The notes under the pieces were generated by a model. That model did not search any database and was not told where the DNA came from. It worked only from the letters and a program-made list of their open reading frames with translations. Of a stretch of 64,000 nucleotides of DNA, positions 26,506-36,212 are shown piece after piece. The position numbers were made by a program, and so were the translations under genes. How positions within the stretch are numbered: position 1 is the first letter of the stretch; each line of letters begins with the position of its first letter. Origin of the DNA: an uncultured bacterium. Lineage in GTDB: Bacteria > Patescibacteriota > JAHJAL01. The DNA lies in assembly GCA_938004065.1 (NCBI GenBank), contig CALKWM010000009.1, positions 3,330 to 67,329 of the forward strand, read 5' to 3'.

Positions 26506-27128
26506 GAAATATCACTCCTCTCTTTTTTAATATACATAATTATTTTTATAATATTTTTTTATAAAGTCAAGGTTTTTTTAGCCAACAAAGATATTCTTAC
26601 AATGTTATATAACATTAAATATGTATTTGGGACTTAAAAAGCAACAAAACGTTACCTTACTTTCATCGGCTTGACAAATTATGATGAAAAAAAACGATGA
26701 AAGAAAGTATGCGGACAAAATCTCATCCGTGTTTTGATCTGAATTTTTACTGGTCAAAGTATATATTCAATCAAGATAATTCAATCTGACACCCAATTTG
26801 GTCAGGTCATATTTTGCAGGCTAAGATTTGAGGCGTGAGTCTTTGGTTTTATCATCTACATTTTTGAATTTATATTTTAGAAAATTTCGAATACCATTGA
26901 ACAAGTTGTTATATTGAAGATACAAATATGGCGGTTACTTTGTCACTATTCGTATAGTAAATCACACTAATTGCTTTGTGGTCGTGGTTGATTTAAGAAG
27001 ACGATAACGATTTATTGCGTCATTTATTATACGCAAATAAAGTTGCCAATTCTTTAATCTATTTTTAATCTTAGTATATTATATTATACATAGATATTGA
27101 TAATCATTATTATTTATAAGGAGTAAAG

Positions 27129-27332
27129 ATGAAAATGGGAATTTTGGGTTGGGTGGCATTTGTTTTGGTGATTGTGGGAGCGCTCAATTGGGGCTTGGTA
27201 GGCATTGCCAGCTTTGATTTGGTGGCAGCGATATTTGGTGATATGTCTTTGATCGCCAGAGTAGTTTACAGTCTGGTAGGTTTGTCGGCAATTTATATGG
27301 TAATCGTTGCACTGACGAAGTCCGGCGAGTAA
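27129..27332 (+). CDS. DUF378-family small membrane protein
   Basis: 67 aa. LGWVAFVLVIVGALNWGLVGIASFDLVAAIFG...VVYSLVGLSAIY matches the DUF378 consensus. Confidence 0.75.
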   Translation: MKMGILGWVAFVLVIVGALNWGLVGIASFDLVAAIFGDMSLIARVVYSLVGLSAIYMVIVALTKSGE

Positions 27333-27422
27333 AAAATTTGTTTTTCCTGGAAAAAGAAAATGAGGCAGATCCCTGCTTCATTTTTTTAATATTTTGATTA
27401 CGTATTTATGAGTAGTGCTAAT

Positions 27423-27500
27423 ATATGTGGCCCCTAGCGTCCGGATTACCGGGCTTATGCTCGAGGATGACAGATAAGAAAAATAACTGGCACCTCATTT
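27423..27500. repeat. Inverted-repeat element copy (…TCGAGGATGACAGATAAGAAAAATAACTGGCACC)
   Basis: Left gagtagtgctaatat... and right ...aataactggcacctc form terminal inverted repeats. Internal hairpin ccggattaccgg. Lies between convergent genes. Confidence 0.5.
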
Positions 27501-27504
27501 TTCA

Positions 27505-27897
27505 TTATTCTTTTTCTTTGTCGGAAAGTATATCGATTTGATTGTGCAGATTGTCAATCTCGATCTTTTTGGTAGTATCTTTCACCTTTTTATCATTTTC
27601 ATATAATATGTTGTTGATGTCTTTGATGCGGGTGATAATATCTTTTAAATTTTCCTCGCTCAGCTGGTCTTCATTTTTTAGAAAAACTTTTTGAGCTTCT
27701 TCGAAGTTTTTTTCAAAACTTTCTTGCTTGTCAATATAGACTTCAATGTTCTTTACCAATTCTTCTTCAGTAGCGGAATTTATCTCCACCAAAAGCGCGT
27801 TGGCGTTGGCCAGCAGGTCGATAATTGTTTGTGAAATTGAAGGCATTTTGGTATTTGATAATGAATAATTATTAAAATTGTTAAATGATTGATTCAA
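27505..27897 (-). CDS. Hypothetical coiled-coil protein
   Basis: 130-aa ORF, acidic and helical. Its start abuts the stop of the upstream ORF. Confidence 0.3.
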   Translation of the reverse strand: MNQSFNNFNNYSLSNTKMPSISQTIIDLLANANALLVEINSATEEELVKNIEVYIDKQESFEKNFEEAQKVFLKNEDQLSEENLKDIITRIKDINNILYENDKKVKDTTKKIEIDNLHNQIDILSDKEKE

Positions 27898-28209
27898 TTA
27901 CAATTTCGATGGAGTAAAATTATTTTTTTCTTGATTGGCTCTAACTAATTGCAAAAATTTTTCCATATAATCATCAAATTTATCTGACGTTTCAGCAAAT
28001 TCTTTTTTTACAACACTGGGCTTTAATATTTCTTCCTTTTCTGGTATTCTGCCCATAGCATTTTGATTTTCTACAATTTTTGCAAGTTGCTTTGACGCTT
28101 CAGGATTTAGTTCATCAGTTTTCCAATCCGGATATTGTTCATTTGATTTTTTTGGACTTCCTGGTCCTTCATAAAATTGACCAATTCTTTTTGTTGTATC
28201 AATGCTCAT
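27898..28209 (-). CDS. Hypothetical protein
   Basis: 103-aa ORF, adjacent to 27505-27897 on the same strand (likely co-transcribed). Confidence 0.3.
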   Translation of the reverse strand: MSIDTTKRIGQFYEGPGSPKKSNEQYPDWKTDELNPEASKQLAKIVENQNAMGRIPEKEEILKPSVVKKEFAETSDKFDDYMEKFLQLVRANQEKNNFTPSKL

Positions 28210-28311
28210 GATTTTTTATTTATTTTTGTTTGTGATTTGAAATTTATCACTGTATTATAGCAAATTTATTGCTATTTTGTCAAGGTTTTGCTAGAATATT
28301 CATAACTAAAA

Positions 28312-28824
28312 ATGTATAATGCAAATATGCAAATAATCACCAATCCCAATCCGATTCTGAGGAAAAAAGCTCTGGAAATAGAGGTTTTTGATGATGAATT
28401 AGGTAGTTTTGCCCAGGAATTTACTGAAACGATGTTGAAATATGACGGAGTGGGATTGGCGGGACCGCAAATTGGCGATTCGAGACGAATCATTGCTATC
28501 AATATCGAGAAAAAAGATTTGGAAGGGCAGGATTTGGTGATGCCGATGGTGTTAGTTAACCCGGAGATTATCGAGATGAGTTTTGAAAAAGTGGAAGCCA
28601 ATGAAGCGTGCTTGTCGGTGTCGGGCAAGATTGCTCCGGTACTGCGATCCAAACAAGTGGTGGTAAATGCTCAGGACGTACAGGGCAATCCAATTCATCT
28701 GGACGTAAATGGTTGGATGGCACGAGTTTTGCAACATGAAATTGATCACTTGAACGGGATTTTGTTTATTGATCGGGTAACGGACAAAGAGCTAATCAAG
28801 GATTATGAAGTGGAGAAAAAATAG
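28312..28824 (+). CDS. def: Peptide deformylase
   Basis: Motifs GVGLAGPQIG, EACLSVSG and HEIDHLNG. Confidence 0.92.
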   Translation: MYNANMQIITNPNPILRKKALEIEVFDDELGSFAQEFTETMLKYDGVGLAGPQIGDSRRIIAINIEKKDLEGQDLVMPMVLVNPEIIEMSFEKVEANEACLSVSGKIAPVLRSKQVVVNAQDVQGNPIHLDVNGWMARVLQHEIDHLNGILFIDRVTDKELIKDYEVEKK

Positions 28825-28930
28825 TATTTAAACTTATAAAACGTATCAAACTAGGGCAAACATATCAAACATTATATAATCTTTAATTAGAAAATCTATT
28901 GTGTTTGACAAATTTTGATATTAGATAAGT

Positions 28931-29890
28931 TTGATAAGTTTAATTAAAACAATGCTAAATAAATCAAAAATTAGAGTAATCTTCATGGGCACTCCGGAGT
29001 TTGCGGTTGAATCACTCATGGCTTTGAAAGATGATGACTACCGGATCGTCGGTGTTTTTACCGCGCCCGATCGGCCGGCCGGCCGTGGGCGCGAAACCAA
29101 GATATCGGCAGTGAAACGTCTTTCATTGGCTTTCAATATGCCTACGAACCAGCCGGAAAAAATCAGAGATAAAAAATGGGTGCACACTATCAAAAAGTTA
29201 AAGCCCGACTTAATCGTTGTCGCCGCTTATGGACAGATTGTCCCGCAGTCAATTCTCGACATCCCAAAGTATGGCTGTATCAATGTTCATGCTTCAATTT
29301 TGCCAAAATACCGTGGGGCTTCCCCTATTCATTTCGCATTATTGCATGGGGAAAAAGAAACCGGAGTAACGATCATGAAAATGGACGCCGGAATGGATAC
29401 GGGAGAGATAATATCCAGTTGTCAGGTATCAATTTTAAAACAGGACAATCTACAATCTTTGCATGACAAATTGGCGGTGGCGGGAGCGGAATTACTCCTG
29501 GAAACTTTGCCCAAATATATTGAAAAAGAAATCATGCCCGCAATCCAAGATGAGGATAAGGCAACATATACTAAAATTCTGAAAAAATCCGATGGACAGA
29601 TCGACTGGAAACGGAGTGCCGAGGAAATTCATGATCAAGTGCGAGCTTTTTGTCCCTGGCCGGGAACTTTTACCCAATGGGGTGAAAAGTGCATCAAGAT
29701 CGTGGAAACAAAAATTTCCGACAAGAAGCTTGAAGCCGGTAAATTTGAGATAATTGACAACAATCTGTATGTCGGGACCGAAACGAGTGCGCTGGAGATT
29801 GTCAGGTTACAGTTGGAGGGTCGTAAATGTTTATTGGCACAAGATTTTATCCAGGGTTGCAGTATGATTGACGGGTATTATTGTAAGTAA
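28931..29890 (+). CDS. fmt: Methionyl-tRNA formyltransferase
   Basis: IRVIFMGTPEFAVESL, NVHASILPKYRGASPI, and a C-terminal Formyl_trans_C domain. Confidence 0.92.
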   Translation: MISLIKTMLNKSKIRVIFMGTPEFAVESLMALKDDDYRIVGVFTAPDRPAGRGRETKISAVKRLSLAFNMPTNQPEKIRDKKWVHTIKKLKPDLIVVAAYGQIVPQSILDIPKYGCINVHASILPKYRGASPIHFALLHGEKETGVTIMKMDAGMDTGEIISSCQVSILKQDNLQSLHDKLAVAGAELLLETLPKYIEKEIMPAIQDEDKATYTKILKKSDGQIDWKRSAEEIHDQVRAFCPWPGTFTQWGEKCIKIVETKISDKKLEAGKFEIIDNNLYVGTETSALEIVRLQLEGRKCLLAQDFIQGCSMIDGYYCK

Positions 29891-29985
29891 TACCAAATTA
29901 GAAATTTGATTGATTTGACTTATCAGATGGCATATAATAAGATTTGTTTGAAGTTATAAATATTTGAAAGGATATAATTGCAATT

Positions 29986-30576
29986 ATGTTAACGATTAGA
30001 TTAGCTCGGTTTGGCAAGAAAAAACAACCATATTACCGTTTAGTAATAAACGAAAAAATTCACCCACCAAAAGGTAACGTGGTGGAGTATTTGGGCAGTT
30101 ACAATCCCAAGTCTAAGGAATTGTTACTGGAAAGGGAGAGGATTGAATACTGGTTAAAGCAAGGTGCAACGTATTCGCGTACCGTGGCCATGATATTTGT
30201 CAAAGAGGGATTGCTAAAAAAAGAAGATCTGCCGGCATTGTTTGTGGTGGAAAAGAAACGCAAGAAGAAAAAAGAACAACCCGAAGAAGCGCCAAAAGCA
30301 GTACCAGCAGACAATCAGCCAGTGGCGGAACCGGTGGAAGTTGCTACCGAATCTGTTCCGGTAGCTGAAACTCCTGTTGTTGAGACTAAGATAGAAGAAA
30401 AACCAAATGAAGAATCAGCAAAGGAAGAACCGGCTGTCAATAAAAGTACCGAAGATGCAAAAGCATCAGAAACTGATTCGTCAGAGTCCAAAACCGATGG
30501 AAAATCAACAGATGAGTCGATGAAAGAACCAAATACTAAGAATGCGGCGGAAAAAGATGAGCAGGAGAAGAAATAA
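29986..30576 (+). CDS. rpsP: 30S ribosomal protein S16 with a long acidic, low-complexity C-terminal extension
   Basis: MLTIRLARFGKKKQPYYRLVINEK...YNPKS..., followed by a PAEV/TE-rich tail of about 100 aa. Confidence 0.9.
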   Translation: MLTIRLARFGKKKQPYYRLVINEKIHPPKGNVVEYLGSYNPKSKELLLERERIEYWLKQGATYSRTVAMIFVKEGLLKKEDLPALFVVEKKRKKKKEQPEEAPKAVPADNQPVAEPVEVATESVPVAETPVVETKIEEKPNEESAKEEPAVNKSTEDAKASETDSSESKTDGKSTDESMKEPNTKNAAEKDEQEKK

Positions 30577-30760
30577 TAGCTATAGAACTATTGTTTCATT
30601 TTAAAACCATTGCTATTTTTAGATTTTTATGTTAGAGTTAAGTTGTTAGTAATTGGCAAGTTATTTCTAAGGTCGAATTTAGATGTAAATTGTTTTAAAA
30701 AAATTACTACAACATTAATTTATTTTTAGTTTATCAGTAAAAAATTTACTAAGGAGAATC

Positions 30761-31057
30761 ATGACTGAAGATCAGAGAGAAGATCAGCAATTTATCGAAT
30801 TTATCGTCAGAGCGATTGTTGACATGCCGGACAAAGTTCGTACAGAACGAACTATTGACGAGAGAGGTGTGTTGATCACTCTTTATGTTGACCCATCAGA
30901 TATGGGCAAGGTAATCGGTAAAGAAGGACGTACAGCAAAGGCCATTAGAGCATTGCTAAAGGTTTTGGGAGCGAAAAATCAAGCTCGCGTAACAATGAAG
31001 ATTGTCGAACCGGAAGGTGGTCGCGCTGTTGATTTGGGTACTGACGAAGACCTATAG
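30761..31057 (+). CDS. KH-domain RNA-binding protein (UPF0109/YlqC-like, rpsP-associated)
   Basis: VIGKEGRTAKAIRALLKV GxxG KH motif. Conserved position after rpsP. Confidence 0.8.
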   Translation: MTEDQREDQQFIEFIVRAIVDMPDKVRTERTIDERGVLITLYVDPSDMGKVIGKEGRTAKAIRALLKVLGAKNQARVTMKIVEPEGGRAVDLGTDEDL

Positions 31058-31174
31058 TATTTTTAACTTTCAATTTGATAGCACCCTCAAAGATGTTTCT
31101 TTGGGGGTGCTATTTTATATTTTGTCAAAATTTTTTGTGTGTATAATAGATATATATTAAATAAATAAGTCCAA

Positions 31175-32149
31175 ATGGATTTTGCATATGAATGGTTAAA
31201 ATTAGCACTGGCCGGCATGATGGTGATGGTTGAGTTATTGGGGGTAAATGACTCTAGTGGTTTGGTTTTAAATTACGCTAAAACGGTTGGGATACCGGAT
31301 TATCATCATGTGCAAGAGGTGAAAAACACCGAGGTTGCGGAGTTCAATCCGCCAATAAAAAGTATCGCATTGCCCACTACTATCCCCTATCTCGACGATA
31401 ATTTCAGTTATCCGGTAGTTGATGCCAGATCAGCCGTAGTGGTTGACATGAATTCGGGAGCGGTGTTGTATGAAAAAAATATCGATGAACGTCGAGCGAT
31501 GGCCTCAACGACCAAATTGATGACAGCCATAGTTGTTTTAGACAATTTAAAGACCGAGCAAATCGTTACCGTTGATTATGAAGATACTCTAATTGAACCA
31601 ATGAAAATGTATTTAACGGCGGGTGAAAGAATTTCCGTTGATAGTTTGATGAAAGCCCTTTTGATACCTTCATACAATGATGCGGCTCTAGTATTGGCGA
31701 GGGCAGCCGGTGAAGGGGAGATTGATAAGTTTGTTGAAATGATGAACCAGAAAGCTTTGGTGATGGGGCTTAAAAATACACATTTTGCCAACTCACATGG
31801 TTTGGACGCACCCGAACACTATTCATCAGCGCGAGATATGGCTTTGATTGCCAGATATGCATTAAATTTCGATTACATTGCCGATATCGTGGCAACTGAC
31901 AAAACAATGGTGTATTCGGAAAGTGGTAACGCTTACAATTTATCCACGACAAATGAATTATTTGATTCCTATTTGGACGTCAGAGGTGTCAAAACCGGCT
32001 TTACCGATGAGGCGGGACAGGTTTTGATCACCAGAGCATACAATGATGAAGGTCAAGATATTTTGTGCGTAGTCATGAATAGTCCTGACCGGTTTCAGGA
32101 ATCAAAAAGCTTGATTGATTGGACGTTTCGAGTGTATTATTGGGACTAA
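31175..32149 (+). CDS. D-alanyl-D-alanine carboxypeptidase (peptidase S11, low-molecular-weight PBP)
   Basis: SxxK (ASTTKLMTA), SxN (PSYND) and KTG (KTGFT) motifs. N-terminal membrane anchor. Confidence 0.85.
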   Translation: MDFAYEWLKLALAGMMVMVELLGVNDSSGLVLNYAKTVGIPDYHHVQEVKNTEVAEFNPPIKSIALPTTIPYLDDNFSYPVVDARSAVVVDMNSGAVLYEKNIDERRAMASTTKLMTAIVVLDNLKTEQIVTVDYEDTLIEPMKMYLTAGERISVDSLMKALLIPSYNDAALVLARAAGEGEIDKFVEMMNQKALVMGLKNTHFANSHGLDAPEHYSSARDMALIARYALNFDYIADIVATDKTMVYSESGNAYNLSTTNELFDSYLDVRGVKTGFTDEAGQVLITRAYNDEGQDILCVVMNSPDRFQESKSLIDWTFRVYYWD

Positions 32150-32259
32150 GGAATTAAACATAGCAATTTATGCAAACTTTTCAAATTTAAAACTATACTA
32201 ATGATGAAGAGAGAAAAATTCAAGACAGAAAAATATTTATTTAAAAATTATTATTTGAT

Positions 32260-32964
32260 ATGAAAAAAATTATATTTGTGATTATGTTGGCAGCAATACT
32301 TTTTCCGACTATTACCTCCGCTGATTCGATGATGATTGAAATGGTCAATTTAACTTTGATAGATCAAGACACACAAAGTGAAATCAGAACAGATAATGGT
32401 TTATACGGCGTCAAAGGCGATTTGACTATTCGATGCTATGGTTACAAATGGAAGGAGTTGGGTTATGGTCAAGGTTTTGATGACAAACCACCAGTAAACT
32501 ATACCCCTGAGGAAGTCTATACAATTAAAGATTATTACAAAAATAGTTATGGTTTGATTGATCTATCTAGCTATATCAAATTTATTACAATTGATTATTG
32601 TAATTTGGAACTGGCATCAGACGAAGGAGCTAAATATTTAGGAGAAAAATACAATCTAAATTTTGCACCAGAAAAGGGTTTAATAGTTGAGAGGAATAAT
32701 TGTCATTTTTCTGAAGATATCATACAGGGTGAGATCTGCAAAATGGAAGTAGCAGTAAAAAAAGTGAATAAATTTGATTGGGAAAGTGATGTGGAGGAGG
32801 ACGATTGTCCCAAGACAATTTGCCCAGTCGATGACGTAAAACCAATAGAAACTGAAAGCAAGCCGGAAGATACAGTCAAAAGTCAGAATACTACTCCAAA
32901 ACAGCAGGGCTTTTGGGGACTGGTGCGATGTTGGATAGTCAGTTGGTTGGGAGGTAAATGTTAA
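32260..32964 (+). CDS. Secreted hypothetical protein
   Basis: 234 aa with a signal peptide (MKKIIFVIMLAAILFPTITSA) and several Cys. Confidence 0.35.
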   Translation: MKKIIFVIMLAAILFPTITSADSMMIEMVNLTLIDQDTQSEIRTDNGLYGVKGDLTIRCYGYKWKELGYGQGFDDKPPVNYTPEEVYTIKDYYKNSYGLIDLSSYIKFITIDYCNLELASDEGAKYLGEKYNLNFAPEKGLIVERNNCHFSEDIIQGEICKMEVAVKKVNKFDWESDVEEDDCPKTICPVDDVKPIETESKPEDTVKSQNTTPKQQGFWGLVRCWIVSWLGGKC

Positions 32965-32968
32965 AAGC

Positions 32969-33307
32969 ATGAGTTACGATCACAAATTTTTGATTGCTCT
33001 TGGTTTTTCGCTAGTAATAGAATTGATAGTGGTTTTGATACTCAACCGACTATTGAAACTAGATAAAAAGCCGGCAGATATTTTGTTTGCCAGCTTTTTG
33101 GCGACTTTTTCCTCGATCATTTATCTGTGGTATATCCTGCCAAATTATTGGAGTGGATGGGATTATCTCGTGATCGGAGAGGTGGCGGTGTTCATGTATG
33201 AGATGTGGATTTATCGGAATATCTTGCAAATCAAGTGGCGGGAGGCATTTTTGCTTTCAATGATTGCCAATTTGGCTTCATTTGTCTTTGGTTGGTTTGT
33301 TTTGTAA
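32969..33307 (+). CDS. Small membrane protein, hypothetical
   Basis: 112 aa with 3-4 TM helices. Confidence 0.35.
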   Translation: MSYDHKFLIALGFSLVIELIVVLILNRLLKLDKKPADILFASFLATFSSIIYLWYILPNYWSGWDYLVIGEVAVFMYEMWIYRNILQIKWREAFLLSMIANLASFVFGWFVL

Positions 33308-33332
33308 ATTTTTGGACAATGATTAATTTATG

Positions 33333-33362
33333 AAAAAAAACCAGGTTAAATCCTGGTTTTTA
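33333..33362. terminator. Bidirectional intrinsic terminator between convergent genes
   Basis: aaaaaaaa-ccagg-ttaaat-cctgg-ttttt: a perfect hairpin flanked by an A-run and a T-run. Confidence 0.55.
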
Positions 33363-33911
33363 CTAGTTATTTTCGACCACTTGGGGTCGAATTATATGAT
33401 TTTTAATAAGAAGTTCTTTTTGACAACAGATATTGTCCCGGCCTTTATAAATTTTAAAGAAATAGCTGTTGTCACTAAAAAGGTCATGCCAGATTTCTCT
33501 GGCTTCTGGACATATTTCATCAAACGGTGGTCTTGATAATGGATAGAATCGCAGATTGGATAACTCGTATGAATCCCTGATTTCTCCACTGCAATCGGAA
33601 AGTCGGTTGCGGAAGATGGCAAAATGGACAAAAAATCGGCCGTCAATCATTGACCCGCGATGAACCAGTTTGGGAAACTTTAGGTCAAGACCGGTTTCTT
33701 CTGCTAATTCCCGAATTACCGCCTGGATATAAGTCTCGTGGTTTTTTAATTTCCCACCGGGTATTTCGATACACCCCCGGTAAGGTTCATGTTGTTTTTT
33801 TCCCATCAAAACTTCCAGTTTTTCATTTATGATGAGAATTTTCGCAACATGAATGTCTTGAAACAATTTTTCAAATTGATTGAAATTCGAATCAATTTGT
33901 GATTTTTTCAA
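33363..33911 (-). CDS. NUDIX hydrolase
   Basis: Nudix box GGKLKNHETYIQAVIRELAEETGL. 182 aa with an unusual C-terminal tail. Confidence 0.65.
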   Translation of the reverse strand: MKKSQIDSNFNQFEKLFQDIHVAKILIINEKLEVLMGKKQHEPYRGCIEIPGGKLKNHETYIQAVIRELAEETGLDLKFPKLVHRGSMIDGRFFVHFAIFRNRLSDCSGEIRDSYELSNLRFYPLSRPPFDEICPEAREIWHDLFSDNSYFFKIYKGRDNICCQKELLIKNHIIRPQVVENN

Positions 33912-34054
33912 AGTGATTCATTCCTTTCTTTTTAAAGATCTCGTATTGATATTATATACTAAAAACAGGTTTGGCAATATGTTTGTCGACTGATAAATAT
34001 ATTTGTATATTGAAATAGGTTAATTTAAGTTGTATTATGGAAATAAAATAATGC

Positions 34055-34306
34055 TTGCAAGAAAGGGGTTACAGATTAAAAATGTATGAATTCAAGGGAA
34101 TTATTGAAAAAATATGTTTTTGTTTACAGGAAAATTCCACATTGGTACATTTAAAAAATGGCGAGATATTAATCATCGATGGAACATACGACAAAGAATT
34201 TTTTTACCTAAATATGCCTGTAATCATCACTTTTGATTGCGACAATAATCTGCTGGCAATTACTCCCGATAAGTACACTTATAATCAATCTTTATTTAGA
34301 AAATAA
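34055..34306 (+). CDS. Hypothetical small protein
   Basis: 83-aa ORF, no motif. Confidence 0.25.
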   Translation: MQERGYRLKMYEFKGIIEKICFCLQENSTLVHLKNGEILIIDGTYDKEFFYLNMPVIITFDCDNNLLAITPDKYTYNQSLFRK

Positions 34307-34380
34307 CTAAATAAAGATTTTTTTTGAGTTTTTATGATAAATGATAACATAAGAGTAAGATAAAAAATAATGAGGAAGAT

Positions 34381-35274
34381 ATGAGTTACGCAATTACTAT
34401 CGATGGGCCGGCCGGCAGTGGCAAATCAACTTTGGCAAAAAATTTACAAAAAAAATTAAATGGTTTCGTTCTGGTTGATACTGGCGCTTATTACCGTTGG
34501 GCTACGTATTTGTGTCTGGAAAATGGCACTGATTTAAAAAGTCGGCAAAAGGTTTATAGTCAGGTTAAAGACAAAATGGAATTGATATTTCTGCCATACC
34601 CCAAAGGCCACCGTTATTACTCAGCAAAAATTTTGCACAATGGTGAAGTGATTAACAAGAAAATACACGGTGCAAAAGTTACGCAGAACGTTCCAATAGT
34701 GGCTCAATATAAAAAAGTTCGTGATTTGGTAAAGAAGAAAATCATATCTTTGTCAAAAACATACAATCTGGTAGTGGCGGGAAGAGATATTGGCACTTCG
34801 GTTTTACCAGATGCGGAAATTAAAATTTTCTTGAATCCCTCCATTGACTCCCGAGCTCGCCGTCGTTATCGAGATCAAGTAAAACAGGGCCGAGCGATTT
34901 CGTATGGAAAAATGAAAGAAGAAATGAATGTACGAGATGAACATGATAGAAATAGAGAGCATGGGCCATTGCAAAAGCCCCTTGATGCATTTGAGATTGA
35001 TAACACCTATCTAACCACTTCCCAATGCCTGGCGGAAACTATCAAACATATTCAAAAAACCAAACCGCAAATTTTGAAATTGGAGAAAGTGGATTGGACC
35101 AAATTTGAGAAAGATTTAAAACCCGCGACTGGTTATTTTGCAACTTCTACACAATATTCCGCGCCCAAAATAGTACCGACGGAATCGATGGCTGAATTGA
35201 AGAAAAGATTGAAAGCAAAGTATAAGTCAGAACAAAATGGAGGAGGTGCTGAGAGTTTTTTTAGAAAACACTAA
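34381..35274 (+). CDS. cmk: Cytidylate kinase paralogue 1 (with a C-terminal extension of about 80 aa)
   Basis: ITIDGPAGSGKSTLAKNL P-loop, GAYYRW, VVAGRDIGTSVLPDAEIKIFL, RARRRY, VRDEHDRNRE..PL. Confidence 0.8.
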   Translation: MSYAITIDGPAGSGKSTLAKNLQKKLNGFVLVDTGAYYRWATYLCLENGTDLKSRQKVYSQVKDKMELIFLPYPKGHRYYSAKILHNGEVINKKIHGAKVTQNVPIVAQYKKVRDLVKKKIISLSKTYNLVVAGRDIGTSVLPDAEIKIFLNPSIDSRARRRYRDQVKQGRAISYGKMKEEMNVRDEHDRNREHGPLQKPLDAFEIDNTYLTTSQCLAETIKHIQKTKPQILKLEKVDWTKFEKDLKPATGYFATSTQYSAPKIVPTESMAELKKRLKAKYKSEQNGGGAESFFRKH

Positions 35275-35376
35275 AAAAAGACGTAGGAATAAGTAAAAAG
35301 GGAAAAGTAATAAGTTATAAGTAGAAGAAGATTGAAGTATCATATTTTTTAATTTTTGTAAGGAAATTATTTATCC

Positions 35377-36060
35377 ATGAAGATAGTAATCACTATTGAT
35401 GGGCCGTCGGGAAGCGGAAAATCGACGCTGGCAAAAAATCTTTCTCGAAATTTGCCAAATTTTACTCTGGTGGATTCGGGATCGTATTTTCGCTGGGTTA
35501 CTTATCTGTGTTTAAAAGATAACGTTGATTTATATAACCGCCGAGAGGTCTATAATCACGTAAAAGAAAAACTGGATTTGGATTTTTCCGATAACAAAAA
35601 AACAGATGAAATGGTAGTTAAATACGATAAAAAAAAGATTAATGACTTTATATTTACGACAAACATTTCTAGGCAGGTATCGGAGCCGGCGCAAAATTAT
35701 CTACTGAGAAAATTGATTAGAAAAAAATTACGAAAATTGGCTGAAAAATGTAACGTGGTACTGGCCGGACGCGATACCGGTAGCTATACTTTTCCCGATG
35801 CCGGTTTAAAAATATTTTTAACCGCAGATATCGAAAAACGGGCCAAACGTCGATTTGATGAGTTAAAGAAAACAGGCAGAGAGGTTGATTTCGAAGAAGT
35901 TTTGTATCAGATGAAAGCACGCGATCGACGCGATCTGGAAGAAAAAGACAGTCCCCTGGTAAAACCAAGAGGAGCGGTGTTGATTGATAATTCCAATCTA
36001 ACCTGTAAACAAACGTTGGAAAAAGTATTGGCGATTTTGAAAAAGAAGAAAATAGCATAA
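35377..36060 (+). CDS. cmk: Cytidylate kinase paralogue 2
   Basis: ITIDGPSGSGKSTLAKNL, GSYFRW, VLAGRDTGSYTFPDAGLKIFL, RAKRRF, ARDRRD. It is about 40% identical to the upstream copy. Confidence 0.8.
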   Translation: MKIVITIDGPSGSGKSTLAKNLSRNLPNFTLVDSGSYFRWVTYLCLKDNVDLYNRREVYNHVKEKLDLDFSDNKKTDEMVVKYDKKKINDFIFTTNISRQVSEPAQNYLLRKLIRKKLRKLAEKCNVVLAGRDTGSYTFPDAGLKIFLTADIEKRAKRRFDELKKTGREVDFEEVLYQMKARDRRDLEEKDSPLVKPRGAVLIDNSNLTCKQTLEKVLAILKKKKIA

Positions 36061-36167
36061 CAATTGAAGGGTAAGGTAAAAAAATAGTATTATGTAGGAG
36101 TAAGCCGTAAGCGATAAGCAATATGCAATATGCAAAAATGGTTTTGATATCGCCTAAAATCATTATT

Positions 36168-36212
36168 TGAATATTGGATATTGATTATTGATTATTGAAT
36201 ATTGATAAAATG
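36168..36212. promoter_or_regulatory. AT-rich direct repeats (AATATTGGATATTGATTATTG) overlapping the secA start region
   Basis: gaatattggatattgattattgattattgaatattgataaa. The same 21-mer occurs at 22330-22350 upstream of gene 22440. Confidence 0.35.

Noticed and set aside
26520-27128. Looked for tmRNA, RNase P RNA, SRP RNA or additional tRNAs in long intergenic regions
   Set aside because: No T-loop (GTTCGAnTC) other than in tRNA-Leu was seen. No tmRNA tag-reading-frame or 3' tRNA-like end, no RNase P GGAAAGTCCGG core, and no SRP domain IV motif were recognised by eye. Not excluded without a covariance-model scan
28272-28652. 126-aa minus-strand ORF overlapping def
   Set aside because: It is antisense to peptide deformylase, which has all three catalytic motifs. 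Likely spurious
33392-33646. 84-aa alternate-frame ORF inside the Nudix gene 33363-33911, considered as evidence of a frameshift
   Set aside because: The 182-aa frame is continuous through the Nudix box and a plausible C-terminus, and the alternate-frame peptide has no Nudix-like features
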